Positions 26,057-27,026 of a DNA stretch of 27,026 nt are shown here, one piece after another. The notes beneath the pieces are model-generated. The model was not told the DNA's origin. It did no database searches and saw nothing but the letters and a program-made list of their open reading frames with translations. The stretch's first letter is position 1. The number at the start of each line of letters is the position of its first letter. The translations under genes and the position numbers were made by a program. Location: the IMG/VR virus record IMGVR_UViG_2690316099_000006; one strand, written 5' to 3'. This DNA comes from a virus (taxonomy: Duplodnaviria > Heunggongvirae > Uroviricota > Caudoviricetes).

Positions 26057-27026
26057 ATGAGCATAAAATCAATTCCGGGAGGGTATCTTCTTGACATGCG
26101 TCCTGAGGGGCGTAAAGGCAAACGCATTCGCAAAAAATTTAAAACGAAATCGGATGCAGTTTTATATGAGCGGTGGGTGCTGGCGCAACAGCATAACAAT
26201 GAGTGGAAAGGAAACTCCATTGATCGCCGTCCGCTGTCAGTGCTTATTGACTTGTGGTGGAAATACCACGGCCAGCTAATGAAGTCAGGGCATAACACGC
26301 GCCTTAAATTGCTGCGCTTGAGTGAGGCAATGGATGACCCGTGCGTGCATAAACTTAATACAACGATGCTCACCGAGCTACGTGTGTCCAGGATAGAGCA
26401 GGGGATACAGCCCAGCACCATAAATCGAGAGATTGGGGCGTTAAGCGCGATGTTTACCGCACTCATCTCATCCGGCCATTTTCTTAACGATAACCCCGTT
26501 CAAGGCCTTAAAGGAATGAAGGTTAACGAGCGTGAAATGGGATATCTGAGTAAGTCTGAATGTGTTCAGTTGCTGGATGCACTGGCTGAAAATCCCGATG
26601 AACGGCTGGCCGTCGAAATCCTTCTGTCGACCGGGGCGCGATGGGGCGAGGTAGCGGCACTGGAGCAGCGCCGTGTTCTTCATTGTCGAATCACNNNNNN
26701 NNNNNNNNNNNNNNNNNNNNNNNNNNNNNNNNNNNNNNNNNNNNNNNNNNNNNNNNNNNNNNNNNNNNNNNNNNNNNNNNNNNNNNNNNNNNNNNNNNNN
26801 NNNNNNNNNNNNNNNNNNNNNNNNNNNNNNNNNNNNNNNNNNNNNNNNNNNNNNNNNNNNNNNNNNNNNNNNNNNNNNNNNNNNNNNNNNNNNNNNNNNN
26901 NNNNNNNNNNNNNNNNNNNNNNNNNNNNNNNNNNNNNNNNNNNNNNNNNNNNNNNNNNNNNNNNNNNNNNNNNNNNNNNNNNNNNNNNNNNNNNNNNNNN
27001 NNNNNNNNNNNGCTTCAGAAAATTCT
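26057..27026 (+). CDS. int: Tyrosine integrase (P2 Int-like), 5-prime part; runs through mask 26695-27011 and off the window edge
   Basis: Not in the ORF track (no stop in window). Hand translation from ATG 26057: MSIKSIPGGYLLDMRPEGRKGKRIRKKFKTKSDAVLYERW...DDPCVHKLNT...QGIQPSTINREIGALSAMFTALI...LSTGARWGEVAALE..., closely parallel to P2 Int (MAIKKLDDGRYEVDIRPTGRNGKRIRRKF...NDPCAF...QGIKPSSINRDL...FTALI...LSTGARWGEAARLK). Confidence 0.85.
   Translation, partial: MSIKSIPGGYLLDMRPEGRKGKRIRKKFKTKSDAVLYERWVLAQQHNNEWKGNSIDRRPLSVLIDLWWKYHGQLMKSGHNTRLKLLRLSEAMDDPCVHKLNTTMLTELRVSRIEQGIQPSTINREIGALSAMFTALISSGHFLNDNPVQGLKGMKVNEREMGYLSKSECVQLLDALAENPDERLAVEILLSTGARWGEVAALEQRRVLHCRIXXXXXXXXXXXXXXXXXXXXXXXXXXXXXXXXXXXXXXXXXXXXXXXXXXXXXXXXXXXXXXXXXXXXXXXXXXXXXXXXXXXXXXXXXXXXXXXXXXXXXXXXXXXFRKF

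Larger units (their letters stand above)
1..27026. mobile_element. P2-like prophage segment (partial at both window edges)
   Basis: Gene order and orientation match P2: H-I-J-W-V-S-(R)-lysis-X-L-M-N-O on one strand, P-Q divergent, then cos region, A, early genes, cox/C switch, int. Individual proteins recognised by sequence motifs recalled from P2 homologues. Confidence 0.9.

Noticed and set aside
26008-26683. Minus-strand ORFs 26008..26466 and 26468..26683
   Set aside because: Antisense to the clearly recognisable integrase frame.
1-27026. CRISPR arrays, tRNA or rRNA genes, insertion sequences
   Set aside because: No regularly spaced short repeats with unique spacers, no cloverleaf-like candidates, and no transposase-like ORFs were seen in the unmasked sequence. 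A tRNA at the attachment site would lie beyond the right edge.

Overview
This window is most of a P2-like (Peduovirus-type) prophage from an enterobacterial host, with thirteen N-masked blocks hiding parts of it. The late genes run right-to-left on the minus strand: tail fibre H (5567 leftwards), baseplate I-J-W-V, tail completion S (R is masked), a lysis cassette (spanins, SAR endolysin, two-TMD holin), X, L, terminase small subunit M, major capsid N and scaffold O. Terminase large subunit P and portal Q diverge on the plus strand, followed by a cos-proximal region with phased repeats. To the right lie an accessory operon (17.7-20.2 kb) at the position where P2 carries old/tin, replication gene A, a string of small early genes, the cox/C immunity switch, and the 5-prime part of integrase running off the right edge. 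The left 4.6 kb is the most unusual part: a Mu G-segment/e14-like invertible tail-fibre region with two cassette-plus-chaperone pairs in opposite orientation, a Gin/Pin-family invertase N-terminus, and inverted crossover-site copies at 1-27 and 4534-4567. The accessory operon encodes a ParM/StbA-like actin-fold ATPase plus small proteins and is the best candidate here for an undescribed system. Protein assignments rest on my recollection of P2, P1, Mu and R1 sequences, not on a search. Coordinates I derived by hand (repeats, sites, corrected starts) may be off by 1-2 nt, and all gene ends inside N-runs are unknown.
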